30,482 bases of DNA from a virus (Duplodnaviria > Caudoviricetes). The DNA lies in IMG/VR virus record IMGVR_UViG_3300044676_003370, positions 1-30,482 of that record; one strand, 5' to 3'. The notes below the pieces were generated by a model. It worked only from the letters and a program-made list of their open reading frames with translations. It was not told the DNA's origin and searched no databases. The translations under genes were made by a program, and so were the position numbers. Shown piece after piece: positions 18,001-25,847 of the stretch. Position 1 is the first letter of the stretch, and each line of letters starts with the position of its first letter.

Positions 18001-18487
18001 GAACGCCTCATCGTGGGTTGGTCAGGACGCGATGCTCAATCAGAATTGGTACGGCAAAAAATTCCTAACTCCCGACAACCTGAGCGATGTGAAACAACGC
18101 AAAGACGAGTTGAAGGTTATTGCTGAGCAAGACAGGCAAGCGGCGGGGCAGAAGAAACTGTTCACGAGAGATGAACTATCTACATCAGGAGCAAGTGGCA
18201 CTCAACCCCTCCCGAACCTCACGATTGAAGAACTATTGGAGCCCACATTCGGTGGCGTCCCGCGAGTTCGTACACCCGAAGGTGCCGCGAAATATGGGAA
18301 ACCGATCGGGGCACCGATCCGTGCGGTCGAGAAGAAAATGTCACGTTGGGACAAACTGCAGGCGCAGGCCGAGTTCTACGAGAAATGGCTCGAAGAAACT
18401 AACCGGGAGTTGGATGATGATGATCCCGAGGTGGAGCGCGAGTTTTACGCGGCTGCCGCTGAGGCTATGCCGTGGCTCCTCGACTAA
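15041..18487 (+). CDS. Polyvalent protein: R-S-E ADP-ribosyltransferase plus GNAT acetyltransferase
   Basis: LWRG (R 15860), SSWS (15962), NESEF (16109/16115); RYQRQGFA...GGAVWAKRGFDW; start reassigned to ATG 15041. Confidence 0.8.
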   Translation: MVSDVVVKHQQGSHDQKTHGAWATGRAPVTLEGTEQFGWAAQEYMENTLELDYFATAEGGDGAGQLKAAVARRIATRMSDVPAMEMAEALEFADEDTYLDVKYATGGFQNYAEYLGARRADLPTPAEIWVQDENKGLYRTRDHDEVVDRVFVVEGRLAFVSEQGITSWKGGGEAAPVGSELAEQYAREVVVSEFLRNWAATSNGNNPVSLALQEAAAAEFDIKGAAPWKTTTSVRMDKDDILRTSQPVLQRFVREQYNETQDFLKGTDEVVLWRGSTRAKSDPLVEAGLAAREEGGAAEVTVQTRPMSSWSISSKTAGFFAHDAATSAESPAVVMKATIPTSKILSTSLTGFGSYNESEFVTIGSTLPAQVAASDAVNDMRPFDSLFKAADIVTNIDNDDDNADWIKPLNSVIKHQQGANPPSARPYPKDPEAAMIKIAPGLKPVLKHQRGKHDQRAHGRRDGSVSPFYDELDQEQREALEYLMGDRAFPPGYTDEGVPPPTITISESLGNKIRSARKKISEWRADRERRALARMTPDELSALGAANRAREALRQGFTPAMAKSVDPALRVLYRVFGDVVEPEVWFALVQNERPLEEIGGPLGRLLDDMLGAALPGPVMIKLAPGLRPVLKHEGGGHDQKSHGVWARGRAGQFSEWGDRAGRIRVARDVGPDLSRVARVFQKSKNYELDEVYEEMVSERYGDIIDETVADREADIRSMGQEELLDAYGIPADTFVGASIRNGKSYSEAVEQFRDMKLSDVRGQVESQMQTDMYLEVRSALENELLDDIRPGLEEMMNIRHPVTINGMPDEIVTEIQSVEIYGLGSTEPKLEITGTIKNSSGEWIGEVFEREIRLSETSTSGRPQLEAENKLLRINDERYQRQGFATAFNERTYDMYIANDIDTVSVYTAWEGGAVWAKRGFDWNPNRGADNINVAAYALNYVADSPDASSKTRDRAQQMLDDMAVSSGVDDVDFPTPMEVVMLGYTPNASSWVGQDAMLNQNWYGKKFLTPDNLSDVKQRKDELKVIAEQDRQAAGQKKLFTRDELSTSGASGTQPLPNLTIEELLEPTFGGVPRVRTPEGAAKYGKPIGAPIRAVEKKMSRWDKLQAQAEFYEKWLEETNRELDDDDPEVEREFYAAAAEAMPWLLD

Positions 18488-18548
18488 CGATGTTCCCCAT
18501 AAGTTGGGGTTGGCGGTAACCTAAAGGGACGATACCCGGACTCTGAGG

Positions 18549-21500
18549 ATGCCCGTGACTGATACCGCTACCCGCCTCACGGGTCTTGCAGATGAAGACC
18601 TCATCGCTCTGCATGAGCGGCTCGACCGTCAAGGCGCTGTCGATTCTGCAGTGATTGAGGCACATCATCTTGCGGCGACTGAGTTGCTGAAGCGTGGCCT
18701 AACCCACGGTCATATGAATGACGAGTGGGTTGAGGCTGTCATTCTCGTGGAGAAAGCGCTCGTGAGTTCGGCTGACGAGATCGAGGCGCCGGAGGGGTTT
18801 GAGAAGGCGTGGGGTGAGTCCCTCGCTAATGGCGGCAGCGTGTCAGTGCTGTTGACGACGGACGGTTATGTGTTGAAGGCCGATCCGACGGTGTCGGATG
18901 TTCATCAGGACACGATCATGGGTGGTGGCCGGAAGAAGCCGCGCCGCATCATGCCACCTGAGGACATGGAGAAGACGATCCGCGAGGAGGGCGGCAAGTT
19001 CGTCGTCTATTCGGAGGATTTGCAGCGGAAGTTCGGGACGTATGACACCCGCACTGAGGCTGAGGAGCGGCTACGTCAGATTGAACGGTTCAAGAAGGCT
19101 GACGATTATTCGGTTCCGCGTGCTGTCCAGTCAGCGGCTAAGCAGGCGTTGAAGTGGATTCAGGACGGTAAGGCTGGTGGCGGTTTCACGAGTGTGGGCC
19201 GTAACCGTGCCCGCCAGTTGGCTGACGGCGGCACCGTGTCTCGTGCAACGCTAGTGAAGATGCGGTCGTATTTCGCTCGCCACGCTGTCGACAAGGATGC
19301 AAAGGGTTGGGGGGATAAGAGCAATCCGACGCCGGGGATGGTGGCGTGGTATGCGTGGGGTGGTGACCCGGGTCGAGCGTGGGCTAATCGGGTGCTCGGT
19401 GATGTCGAGAAGTCGTATGAGCCTGAGGATTCGCTGACGGATAAGGAGAAGGCCCTGTATGCGGCTTATGAGGCCGTAGCGGAACGGTACGGGGAGTTTA
19501 CGCCTGCCGAGGCTCACTACATGGCGGGGGAAGATAACCCGTTCAATGGGCAGGGCATGAATTGCGCGAATTGTGTGTTCTTCGAGGGTGGTGGCGGCTG
19601 CGAGATCCTGACGGAGCAGGTGGAGCCTGAGGGGTTGTGCAAGTTGTGGGTGATCCCGCAGGAGTTGATGCGCCACGATGAGCCCGCTGAGAAGGCCGTA
19701 GAGGCCCTAGCGAAATTCACCCTTCCGGGTGGTGCCACCTACGAGTTCAGTGTCCCCGTGTCGGCTGTGGGGCCGCTGACAGCCGTTCCTGAGGTTCCTG
19801 TCGCTAAGCATCAGCAGGGTAAGCATGATCAGGCGTCTCACGGGCGACGCGCTGGCGCTTCCGTGTCGCCGGAGGTCGCTCGGTCGATCATCGAACGGGT
19901 CGGCGAGCAGGGCGGTTTGAGCGTCAGCATGATCGACGGGTCGGAGCCACCGGACGGCTACATGGTCGCCCGCACCGAGGGTGTGAAGCCGTCGATTGTG
20001 AGCGCTGACGAGTTCTACGACGCTGACAGTGGGCCTGCCGCGTTGAGTTCATTCTTGAAGGACAACAAGGCAAATTTGACGGGGGGTGACTACCTCGGGG
20101 TTTGGCATGACACGGATAGCGGTAATGTATTCCTTGATGTATCGCAAAACGTCAAGGACCGTGCCACCGCTGAGCGGCTCGGTAGTGAACGCAATCAGAT
20201 CAGTATTTGGGACGTCATTGAAGGCAAGGAGATAGCGACAGGTGGCACAGGAGAAATCGCAAAAGCCGATTCAGGCGGTGAAGTTGCCGGATCTGTCGAC
20301 GATGACGGACGAGGAGATCGACGAGTTCGCGACGAGTCTGTGGGAGCAGATCAGCCAACAGTCGTAAAGCACGGGCAACCGGGCCGCGACAGTAACTATC
20401 ATCGTAAGCATCCGCATGATCGCGGTGGACCGGGCGGCTCGGGTGAGACCGAGGGCAAGGTGTATCGCACCCGTGACCATAAGCGTGCCATTTCGATGCT
20501 GGCTCGCGGTGAGAAGGTCATCCTTGAATCTGAGGGTGACGTCAACACGTTCCTAGAGAAACTGCATGATTACGCCAGCGACGCCCGCGAGAAGGGCGAG
20601 GACGCAGGCAAACTCGACCTGTGCCGCGTGTCTGTACCGGGCACGAACCTGTTCTGTACAGAGTCGTTGGGTGTGCCTCGTATTGAGATGCCGCAGTTGG
20701 CGGGTAAGCCCGTGAAGGATTCTCCGGCGGACAAGATGCCGAAGGACAAGAACGGCGAGGTGAATGTCGGTGACTTGTTCCGTGAAAGGTTGGAGGCTAA
20801 GGGTGTCGACGTGCAGGACACGGACGTTCCTGCCGCTTCGTTGAAGGCGTCACAGAATGAATTGAAGGGCGCCAACGTGGCGTTCATGATGAGCCCTGAG
20901 GGCCAGAAGGTCGTGAATCTGGAAGACACACGGATCTTCGTTTCGTCGGACGGGTATGTGATCGACGGGCATCACCGTTGGGCCGCGAACGTTGGTCTTG
21001 ACACGAGTGACGGCAAGTTGGGTGACAAGAAGATGAAGGTCACCATGATCGACATGCCGATCAGTGAGGTTCTGGCTGAGGCGAACACCTTCGCTGACGA
21101 TATTGGTATCGCACCGAAGGCCGCTAAGTCGCTCGATGGGCAGATGGAGAAGCACAGGGCGGGTAAGGGTCATGATCAGAAAAGCCACGGCGCGTGGGCT
21201 AAGGGTGGTGGCGAGCAGTACGGCGGCTATGAGTTGACCGAACCGGATAACCCGCCTGCTGAGTCGAAGCGTGGCGCTGATTCGATCGCTGCCGCGAAGG
21301 CTATGCGGGCGAAGGTCGCTGAGGTGGAGCCGCAGATCACTCGTGACATGATCGACGCCGCGAATAAGCATAAGGCGACGATGGTCGGGTTGAAGCATCG
21401 AATGAAGTCGGAGAAGTCTCTGGCTCGCAAGATCGACGATGAGAAGGATCTTGATTTCGGTGGGGATGCTGAGCGGGCTGCAGCGAACATGAACGATGTC

Positions 21501-21905
21501 GCTCGGTACACGATGGAGTACGACAGCGCCGATTACGTCAAGGGTGCTGAGGGTGTCATCGGTGACCTAGAGGGTCAGGGGTATTCGTTGAAGGTGAAGA
21601 ACTATTGGGATGATGGTGACCCGTATCAGGGCATCAACATCGCTGCGGTGCATCCGAATGGGACGCGGTTTGAGTTGCAGTTCCATACGCCTGAATCATC
21701 GGCGGTGAAGGGTAAGATTCACGAGCGGTATCAGACGTACCGTGAGTCGGATGATCCTCAGACGCGGTACAAGGAATACACGGGTATGCGGCGCACTGCC
21801 GAGGACATTACGGTGCCGGAGCCTCGGGAGGCTTTGATATCGATCGGTGAGTTGAAGTCGCAGCCGTTCACCCCCCGACCCGACGCACCCCCGGTTGAGA
21901 TTTAG
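18549..21905 (+). CDS. Polyvalent protein: small head-associated domains, HiPIP-like, SAM-lyase-like(?), ParB/Srx-like, RelA/SpoT-like synthetase
   Basis: CANC..F..C..V...GLC..W; LKASQ...VIDGHHRW; RMKSEKSLARK/NDVARY/YQGIN/FELQFHT. Confidence 0.8.
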   Translation: MPVTDTATRLTGLADEDLIALHERLDRQGAVDSAVIEAHHLAATELLKRGLTHGHMNDEWVEAVILVEKALVSSADEIEAPEGFEKAWGESLANGGSVSVLLTTDGYVLKADPTVSDVHQDTIMGGGRKKPRRIMPPEDMEKTIREEGGKFVVYSEDLQRKFGTYDTRTEAEERLRQIERFKKADDYSVPRAVQSAAKQALKWIQDGKAGGGFTSVGRNRARQLADGGTVSRATLVKMRSYFARHAVDKDAKGWGDKSNPTPGMVAWYAWGGDPGRAWANRVLGDVEKSYEPEDSLTDKEKALYAAYEAVAERYGEFTPAEAHYMAGEDNPFNGQGMNCANCVFFEGGGGCEILTEQVEPEGLCKLWVIPQELMRHDEPAEKAVEALAKFTLPGGATYEFSVPVSAVGPLTAVPEVPVAKHQQGKHDQASHGRRAGASVSPEVARSIIERVGEQGGLSVSMIDGSEPPDGYMVARTEGVKPSIVSADEFYDADSGPAALSSFLKDNKANLTGGDYLGVWHDTDSGNVFLDVSQNVKDRATAERLGSERNQISIWDVIEGKEIATGGTGEIAKADSGGEVAGSVDDDGRGDRRVRDESVGADQPTVVKHGQPGRDSNYHRKHPHDRGGPGGSGETEGKVYRTRDHKRAISMLARGEKVILESEGDVNTFLEKLHDYASDAREKGEDAGKLDLCRVSVPGTNLFCTESLGVPRIEMPQLAGKPVKDSPADKMPKDKNGEVNVGDLFRERLEAKGVDVQDTDVPAASLKASQNELKGANVAFMMSPEGQKVVNLEDTRIFVSSDGYVIDGHHRWAANVGLDTSDGKLGDKKMKVTMIDMPISEVLAEANTFADDIGIAPKAAKSLDGQMEKHRAGKGHDQKSHGAWAKGGGEQYGGYELTEPDNPPAESKRGADSIAAAKAMRAKVAEVEPQITRDMIDAANKHKATMVGLKHRMKSEKSLARKIDDEKDLDFGGDAERAAANMNDVARYTMEYDSADYVKGAEGVIGDLEGQGYSLKVKNYWDDGDPYQGINIAAVHPNGTRFELQFHTPESSAVKGKIHERYQTYRESDDPQTRYKEYTGMRRTAEDITVPEPREALISIGELKSQPFTPRPDAPPVEI
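20242..20367 (+). CDS. Nested +1-frame 41-aa ORF (MAQEKSQKPIQAVKLPDLSTMTDEEIDEFATSLWEQISQQS)
   Basis: RBS AAGGAG 20226-31; 34/41 codons end in G/C versus about 14/42 in the host frame (hand count). Confidence 0.6.
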   Translation: MAQEKSQKPIQAVKLPDLSTMTDEEIDEFATSLWEQISQQS

Positions 21906-21910
21906 ATCAT

Positions 21911-21925
21911 GGGGGTTGGTAGAAT
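21911..21925 (+). promoter_or_regulatory. Class B promoter for the protease gene
   Basis: GGGGGT-TGgTAGAAT, nearly identical to 1181-1196. Confidence 0.65.
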
Positions 21926-21943
21926 GACGACGGAGAGGAGTGG

Positions 21944-22810
21944 ATGATGCCACAGCGGTACTTCATCAAAGTAGACAACGCTGGCGCTCCCCTAACCCTG
22001 TTCCGGTTCTTCATCGACGATTCCACCGAACAAGCGTTCGAGCAGGAATGGCAAAACGGCTGGGAAGAAAGCACACGGCTCGGCGGCTACCTCATCAGCG
22101 GCGACCCACGGATAGCGGAGATCCCGAAAGACAAAGCCGAAGAACTGTTCCCCAATTCAATCACAGCCGAAAACGCCACACTCATGTCGAAACAGGTCGA
22201 GGAACGGATGTTCACCCTCGGCCCCATGTACATCCCCAACGTCAAAGACGCACACGCCGAATGGACCGATCCCGAGGAGTTGCAGAAAGCCGTATGGGAG
22301 TACGTCAAGAAAGGCGACCGCCGTATCCGCTTGCAGCACGATAAAAGCGTTGTCGCTGGCGAATGGCTAGAGATCATGGCGTGGCCGTATGAGGTCGAAG
22401 CCCCCATCATCATGAAAGACGCCTCACAAGGGAACATGAAGTTCCCCGCTAACACGGTGTTCCTTGGCGTGAAGTGGGAGCCGTGGGCGTGGCAGATGAT
22501 CAAGGAAGGCAAACTGCGTGGGTACTCGATTGGTGGGCGTGCCGAGCGGCTATTGGCGGATCTTCCTGAGGAGTACGTTGGGAAGGCTCAGGCCCCGTTC
22601 GAGGACGCTATTCGTATCGAAGCCGACGATGTCGCACCTCCGCCAATCGTGGCAGAAGCAGATTTGGAGGATAGAATCGCAGTGGCGGTGGCTGAGGCGA
22701 TGAAATCCATCAACCCCGTCGTGAATGTCGTCATGCCGGAGGACAAGCCCAAAGTACGTCGAGTTGAGCGGGATGAAAATGGCAACATCCTGCGCGTGAT
22801 TGAGGAGTAG
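21944..22810 (+). CDS. XkdF-like phage head serine protease with an extra N-terminal ~80-aa domain
   Basis: LGPMYIP..DAH.EW...EELQKA, IRLQHD, W..IKEGKLRGYSIGG. Confidence 0.85.
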   Translation: MMPQRYFIKVDNAGAPLTLFRFFIDDSTEQAFEQEWQNGWEESTRLGGYLISGDPRIAEIPKDKAEELFPNSITAENATLMSKQVEERMFTLGPMYIPNVKDAHAEWTDPEELQKAVWEYVKKGDRRIRLQHDKSVVAGEWLEIMAWPYEVEAPIIMKDASQGNMKFPANTVFLGVKWEPWAWQMIKEGKLRGYSIGGRAERLLADLPEEYVGKAQAPFEDAIRIEADDVAPPPIVAEADLEDRIAVAVAEAMKSINPVVNVVMPEDKPKVRRVERDENGNILRVIEE

Positions 22811-22812
22811 TA

Positions 22813-23169
22813 ATGGCAGGTTTGGTTGATGATGGCAAGCATCTCATGCTTGATGGGTTCGGCACTGGGGTGACCTTCGTCAGCCTGCACACTGCTGACC
22901 CCGGAGCCAGCGCTTCAGCGGAGGTTACTGGTGGCGCTTACACCCGTGAGGCTTCCTCGTGGGCTGCGGCAGCATCAGGCAGTGTCTCCACGAGCGCATC
23001 TATCGTTTTTGATGTCCCCGGTTCCACCACGATCACGCATCTTGGCTACTGGTCGGCGAGCACTTCCGGCACTTTCTACGGTTCACGCGCTTTGGATACG
23101 TCACAGACTTACGCGACCGCTGGCACTTACACGATCAGTACAGGGAATATCACTGAAACCATAACCTGA
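22813..23169 (+). CDS. Virion structural protein (fiber/decoration-like)
   Basis: VSLHTADPG..EVTGGAYTR motif; Ser/Thr-rich. Confidence 0.7.
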   Translation: MAGLVDDGKHLMLDGFGTGVTFVSLHTADPGASASAEVTGGAYTREASSWAAAASGSVSTSASIVFDVPGSTTITHLGYWSASTSGTFYGSRALDTSQTYATAGTYTISTGNITETIT

Positions 23170-24080
23170 TGGCTGCGGGGTTATTTACCCTTGATAGCGC
23201 CACTCTCGGCGTCCTTGACGAAAATGTTTTGGGCGGTGAGGGCACTGGCTTCATCGTCGGGAGTTCATCTTCTAGTGGCAGTGCCGTAGGCGCTGTCGGT
23301 TATGCGGGATCTGCGTCTGGCAGCGTCGGCTCTGACGGATCTGTTGCAGGCATTGTTGGCTACGTCGGGTCTGTTGACGGGACGCAGGGCTCGGCGGGGG
23401 ATTCCACGGGTGTAGCAGGTTTCGCGGGCTCGGTTACGGGTTCTACAACGTCTACGGGGGCTAATACTGGGGGACCGGGCCTGTCGGGTTCGAGTGTGGG
23501 TGCTGTCGCGAGTTCGGGTACCGCGAGCGGTAATCCTGCATTGAATGGCTCGATAAGTGGCTCTAATGATGCAGCGGGAAGCGTGTTCGGCGCTGAAGGT
23601 GACGCGGGAATAGTTGTTGGGTCGGTCGCAAGTAGTGGTTCGGCGTCAGGAACACCGGGCCTGTTTGGTGTCATTGGTGGTGTCACGAGTGATGCGGGCT
23701 CGGTGTCGGGCACTGAAGGGAACACAGGTAGCGCGACGGGCTCACAGAGTTCGATTGCCGCTGTCACAGGCTCTAAGGGTGCCGCAGGGTCGGTATCGGG
23801 TGTCAGTGTTTCTTCGGGTGCGATCGTCACGACGTCGGATAAGGCGGGATCAGTTGACGGGGTCAGCGTGTCGACGGGTTCGGTCACAGGTAGCGGTCCC
23901 GCACCGACCCCATCGCCTGTCATCGGTGGCGGGTCGATGCCGATCATCGTGGCGGTGCCGCAGGTATCACCTTTCGGATTCGTGTGGGCACAGTCCGACA
24001 GCGGCGGTTCGATCGGTGGCTCGAAGCGGCTCCGAGACGATGACGACTTCGAGTTGCTGACTGTGCTCGGTGTCCTATGA
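23169..24080 (+). CDS. Gly/Ser-rich repeat structural protein
   Basis: About 11 tandem 20-aa repeats; acidic-hydrophobic C-terminus DDDDFELLTVL. Confidence 0.7.
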   Translation: MAAGLFTLDSATLGVLDENVLGGEGTGFIVGSSSSSGSAVGAVGYAGSASGSVGSDGSVAGIVGYVGSVDGTQGSAGDSTGVAGFAGSVTGSTTSTGANTGGPGLSGSSVGAVASSGTASGNPALNGSISGSNDAAGSVFGAEGDAGIVVGSVASSGSASGTPGLFGVIGGVTSDAGSVSGTEGNTGSATGSQSSIAAVTGSKGAAGSVSGVSVSSGAIVTTSDKAGSVDGVSVSTGSVTGSGPAPTPSPVIGGGSMPIIVAVPQVSPFGFVWAQSDSGGSIGGSKRLRDDDDFELLTVLGVL

Positions 24081-24110
24081 CATCCCTGTAATTTAGGGGA
24101 TACTAGGGGC

Positions 24111-24440
24111 ATGTTTCTTTCGAGCGATGACGGTAAACCGTTCACTTTCAGTTCCCCTGTCAGCGTGTTGAAGGCTGATTGGAAGAAGGGGGATTTCGCG
24201 CAGTGGCAGTCCAGCGGTGGGACGGCTCGGGGGAAGATTGAGCGGATTGTTGATGAGGGTGTGTTGAATGTTCCAGACAGTGACTTCACGATCCGTGCTG
24301 AGGACGATGATCCTGCCGTTTTGTTGCGGATTTATCGTCGGTTTGGGGATGGCTGGCGAAAGACCCCGACGATGGTGGGTCACAAGGCGAGCACTCTGAA
24401 CAAGATTGACCCGTTGAAGGTCGTCGAGGGTGGAGAGTAG
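24111..24440 (+). CDS. SH3/Tudor-like (DUF2945/Hva1-like) head-associated protein
   Basis: KGDFAQWQSSGGTARGKI...VGHKASTL. Confidence 0.6.
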   Translation: MFLSSDDGKPFTFSSPVSVLKADWKKGDFAQWQSSGGTARGKIERIVDEGVLNVPDSDFTIRAEDDDPAVLLRIYRRFGDGWRKTPTMVGHKASTLNKIDPLKVVEGGE

Positions 24441-24627
24441 CGAAAATAGGCTCCCTGAGGCCCTTAGGGGCTGGATTGAGCAGTTGTTGGAGCCTGAGGT
24501 CACGCGGTTATTTGATGTCTTCCCTGACGCTCAGATTGACGTGCGTTTGAGTGCCTCTAAGGGGAAGATTCGGCGTCATCCGACGATTACGGTGAATGGT
24601 GGGCCGACGGAGATGATCGAGCCCTAA
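24430..24627 (+). CDS. Hypothetical protein
   Basis: Overlap packing. Confidence 0.55.
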   Translation: MESSENRLPEALRGWIEQLLEPEVTRLFDVFPDAQIDVRLSASKGKIRRHPTITVNGGPTEMIEP

Positions 24628-24642
24628 CCCCCTGTTCCCCCT

Positions 24643-24673
24643 CCTAAACCCCCCTATGGTAAACTGGGTTACG
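24643..24673 (+). promoter_or_regulatory. Repeated phage promoter, class A
   Basis: CCTAAACCCCCCTA-TGgTAAACT-GGGTTACGG. Confidence 0.7.
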
Positions 24674-24689
24674 GATTGGAGGGGAAACC

Positions 24690-25847
24690 ATGACCCGAAG
24701 TGAAATCAAGATTGACCCCACGTTGAACGTGTGGGCAGTCCAAGAGAAGGCCGAAAAGATCGCCGCACGAGCGATCAAGAAGGGCCTGTCCGGCGGTTAC
24801 ACCGTCAACATCGAAACGCGCACCGAGGAAGGCCCCAAGGGCCCCGTCGAGATGCGCTACCTGATCATCGAGGGTGAGCCTGCTCAGTTGAACGGCTACA
24901 CCTTCGTCGCGCTGGTCGAATGGATCGGCGAGCAACCTGTCGTCACCGGCAGCCCCTATTACGAGGGCGCCCCCGTCGACCGGTCAAAAATCGTCAAGGG
25001 CGGCTGCGACCACTGCGGCGTCAATCGGCAGCGGAAGTCCGTCGTCATCGTCGAGACCGCTGACGGTGAGCGGAAGCAGGTCGGCAAGTCCTGCGTCAAG
25101 GACTACTTAGGTAACACGCTGGCCCTATCGTGGTTCAAGTCCGCTGGCGACATCTTTGAGGAGTTCGACGGCTACACCGGTTACGGCTCACCGCTGGAGC
25201 AGGTGATCGAGATCCTGTCCATCGCCGCGTGTGTCGTGCGGACCCGGGGTTGGGTGTCACGGACCAACGCCTCGATCCTCGACAAGACTGCTACCGCTGA
25301 TCTGGTCGATTTCTGGTTAGGCCCCGCGCCGTCTAAGCAACGCAACTACTACGAGTGGGTCAAGTTGCGGGAGGGCTTCGACATCACCGTTGATGTGCCT
25401 GCCGCCAAGGCCGCGTTGGAGTTCGCGAAGACTCTGCCGGACACGAGCGACTGGGCAGCGAACCTGAAGGCCGTCGTGTCGCAGGACTACTTCAACACGC
25501 AAAAGCACTTGGGGCTGGTCGTCTCGCTGGCCGGTGTCTACGCTCGGAGCCTGCAAAAGGAGGCTGAGGAGGCCGCTGACCCCGTCGTCGAGGAGCCGTT
25601 CGGCACCGTCGGTGAGCGGATCACCGTCGAGTTGAAGGTCGTGTCCAGCACGGCGTTCGAGACGGACTACGGCTTGACCTACGCCAACACCTTCACGGGT
25701 GAAGGCCACAGGTTCAAGTGGCTGACCGGCACTCGGTCCTTCGAGGAAGGCGACACCGTTACCCTGAAGGGAACGATCAAGAAGTACGACGAGTGGAACG
25801 ACAAGGTCTTCACCGTCCTGACTCGATGCAAAGAGGTGGCCGCGTGA
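24690..25847 (+). CDS. Hypothetical protein with CDHC...C zinc site and probable C-terminal OB-fold
   Basis: CDHCG..R.RK, QVGKSC, FGTVGER...LKGTIK...TVLTRC. Confidence 0.75.
   Translation: MTRSEIKIDPTLNVWAVQEKAEKIAARAIKKGLSGGYTVNIETRTEEGPKGPVEMRYLIIEGEPAQLNGYTFVALVEWIGEQPVVTGSPYYEGAPVDRSKIVKGGCDHCGVNRQRKSVVIVETADGERKQVGKSCVKDYLGNTLALSWFKSAGDIFEEFDGYTGYGSPLEQVIEILSIAACVVRTRGWVSRTNASILDKTATADLVDFWLGPAPSKQRNYYEWVKLREGFDITVDVPAAKAALEFAKTLPDTSDWAANLKAVVSQDYFNTQKHLGLVVSLAGVYARSLQKEAEEAADPVVEEPFGTVGERITVELKVVSSTAFETDYGLTYANTFTGEGHRFKWLTGTRSFEEGDTVTLKGTIKKYDEWNDKVFTVLTRCKEVAA

Larger units (their letters stand above)
14428..21200 (+). repeat. Dispersed peptide repeat K-H-x-x-G-x-H-D-Q-x-x-H-G (7 full, 2 variant copies)
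   Basis: Lys codons at 14428, 14959, 15062, 16280 (partial), 16379, 16931, 19806, 20367 (variant), 21150. Confidence 0.95.

Noticed and set aside
14428-21200. His-rich repeat as intein, CRISPR or DNA-level repeat element
   Set aside because: No C1/HN splice motifs; conservation is at amino-acid level with synonymous changes
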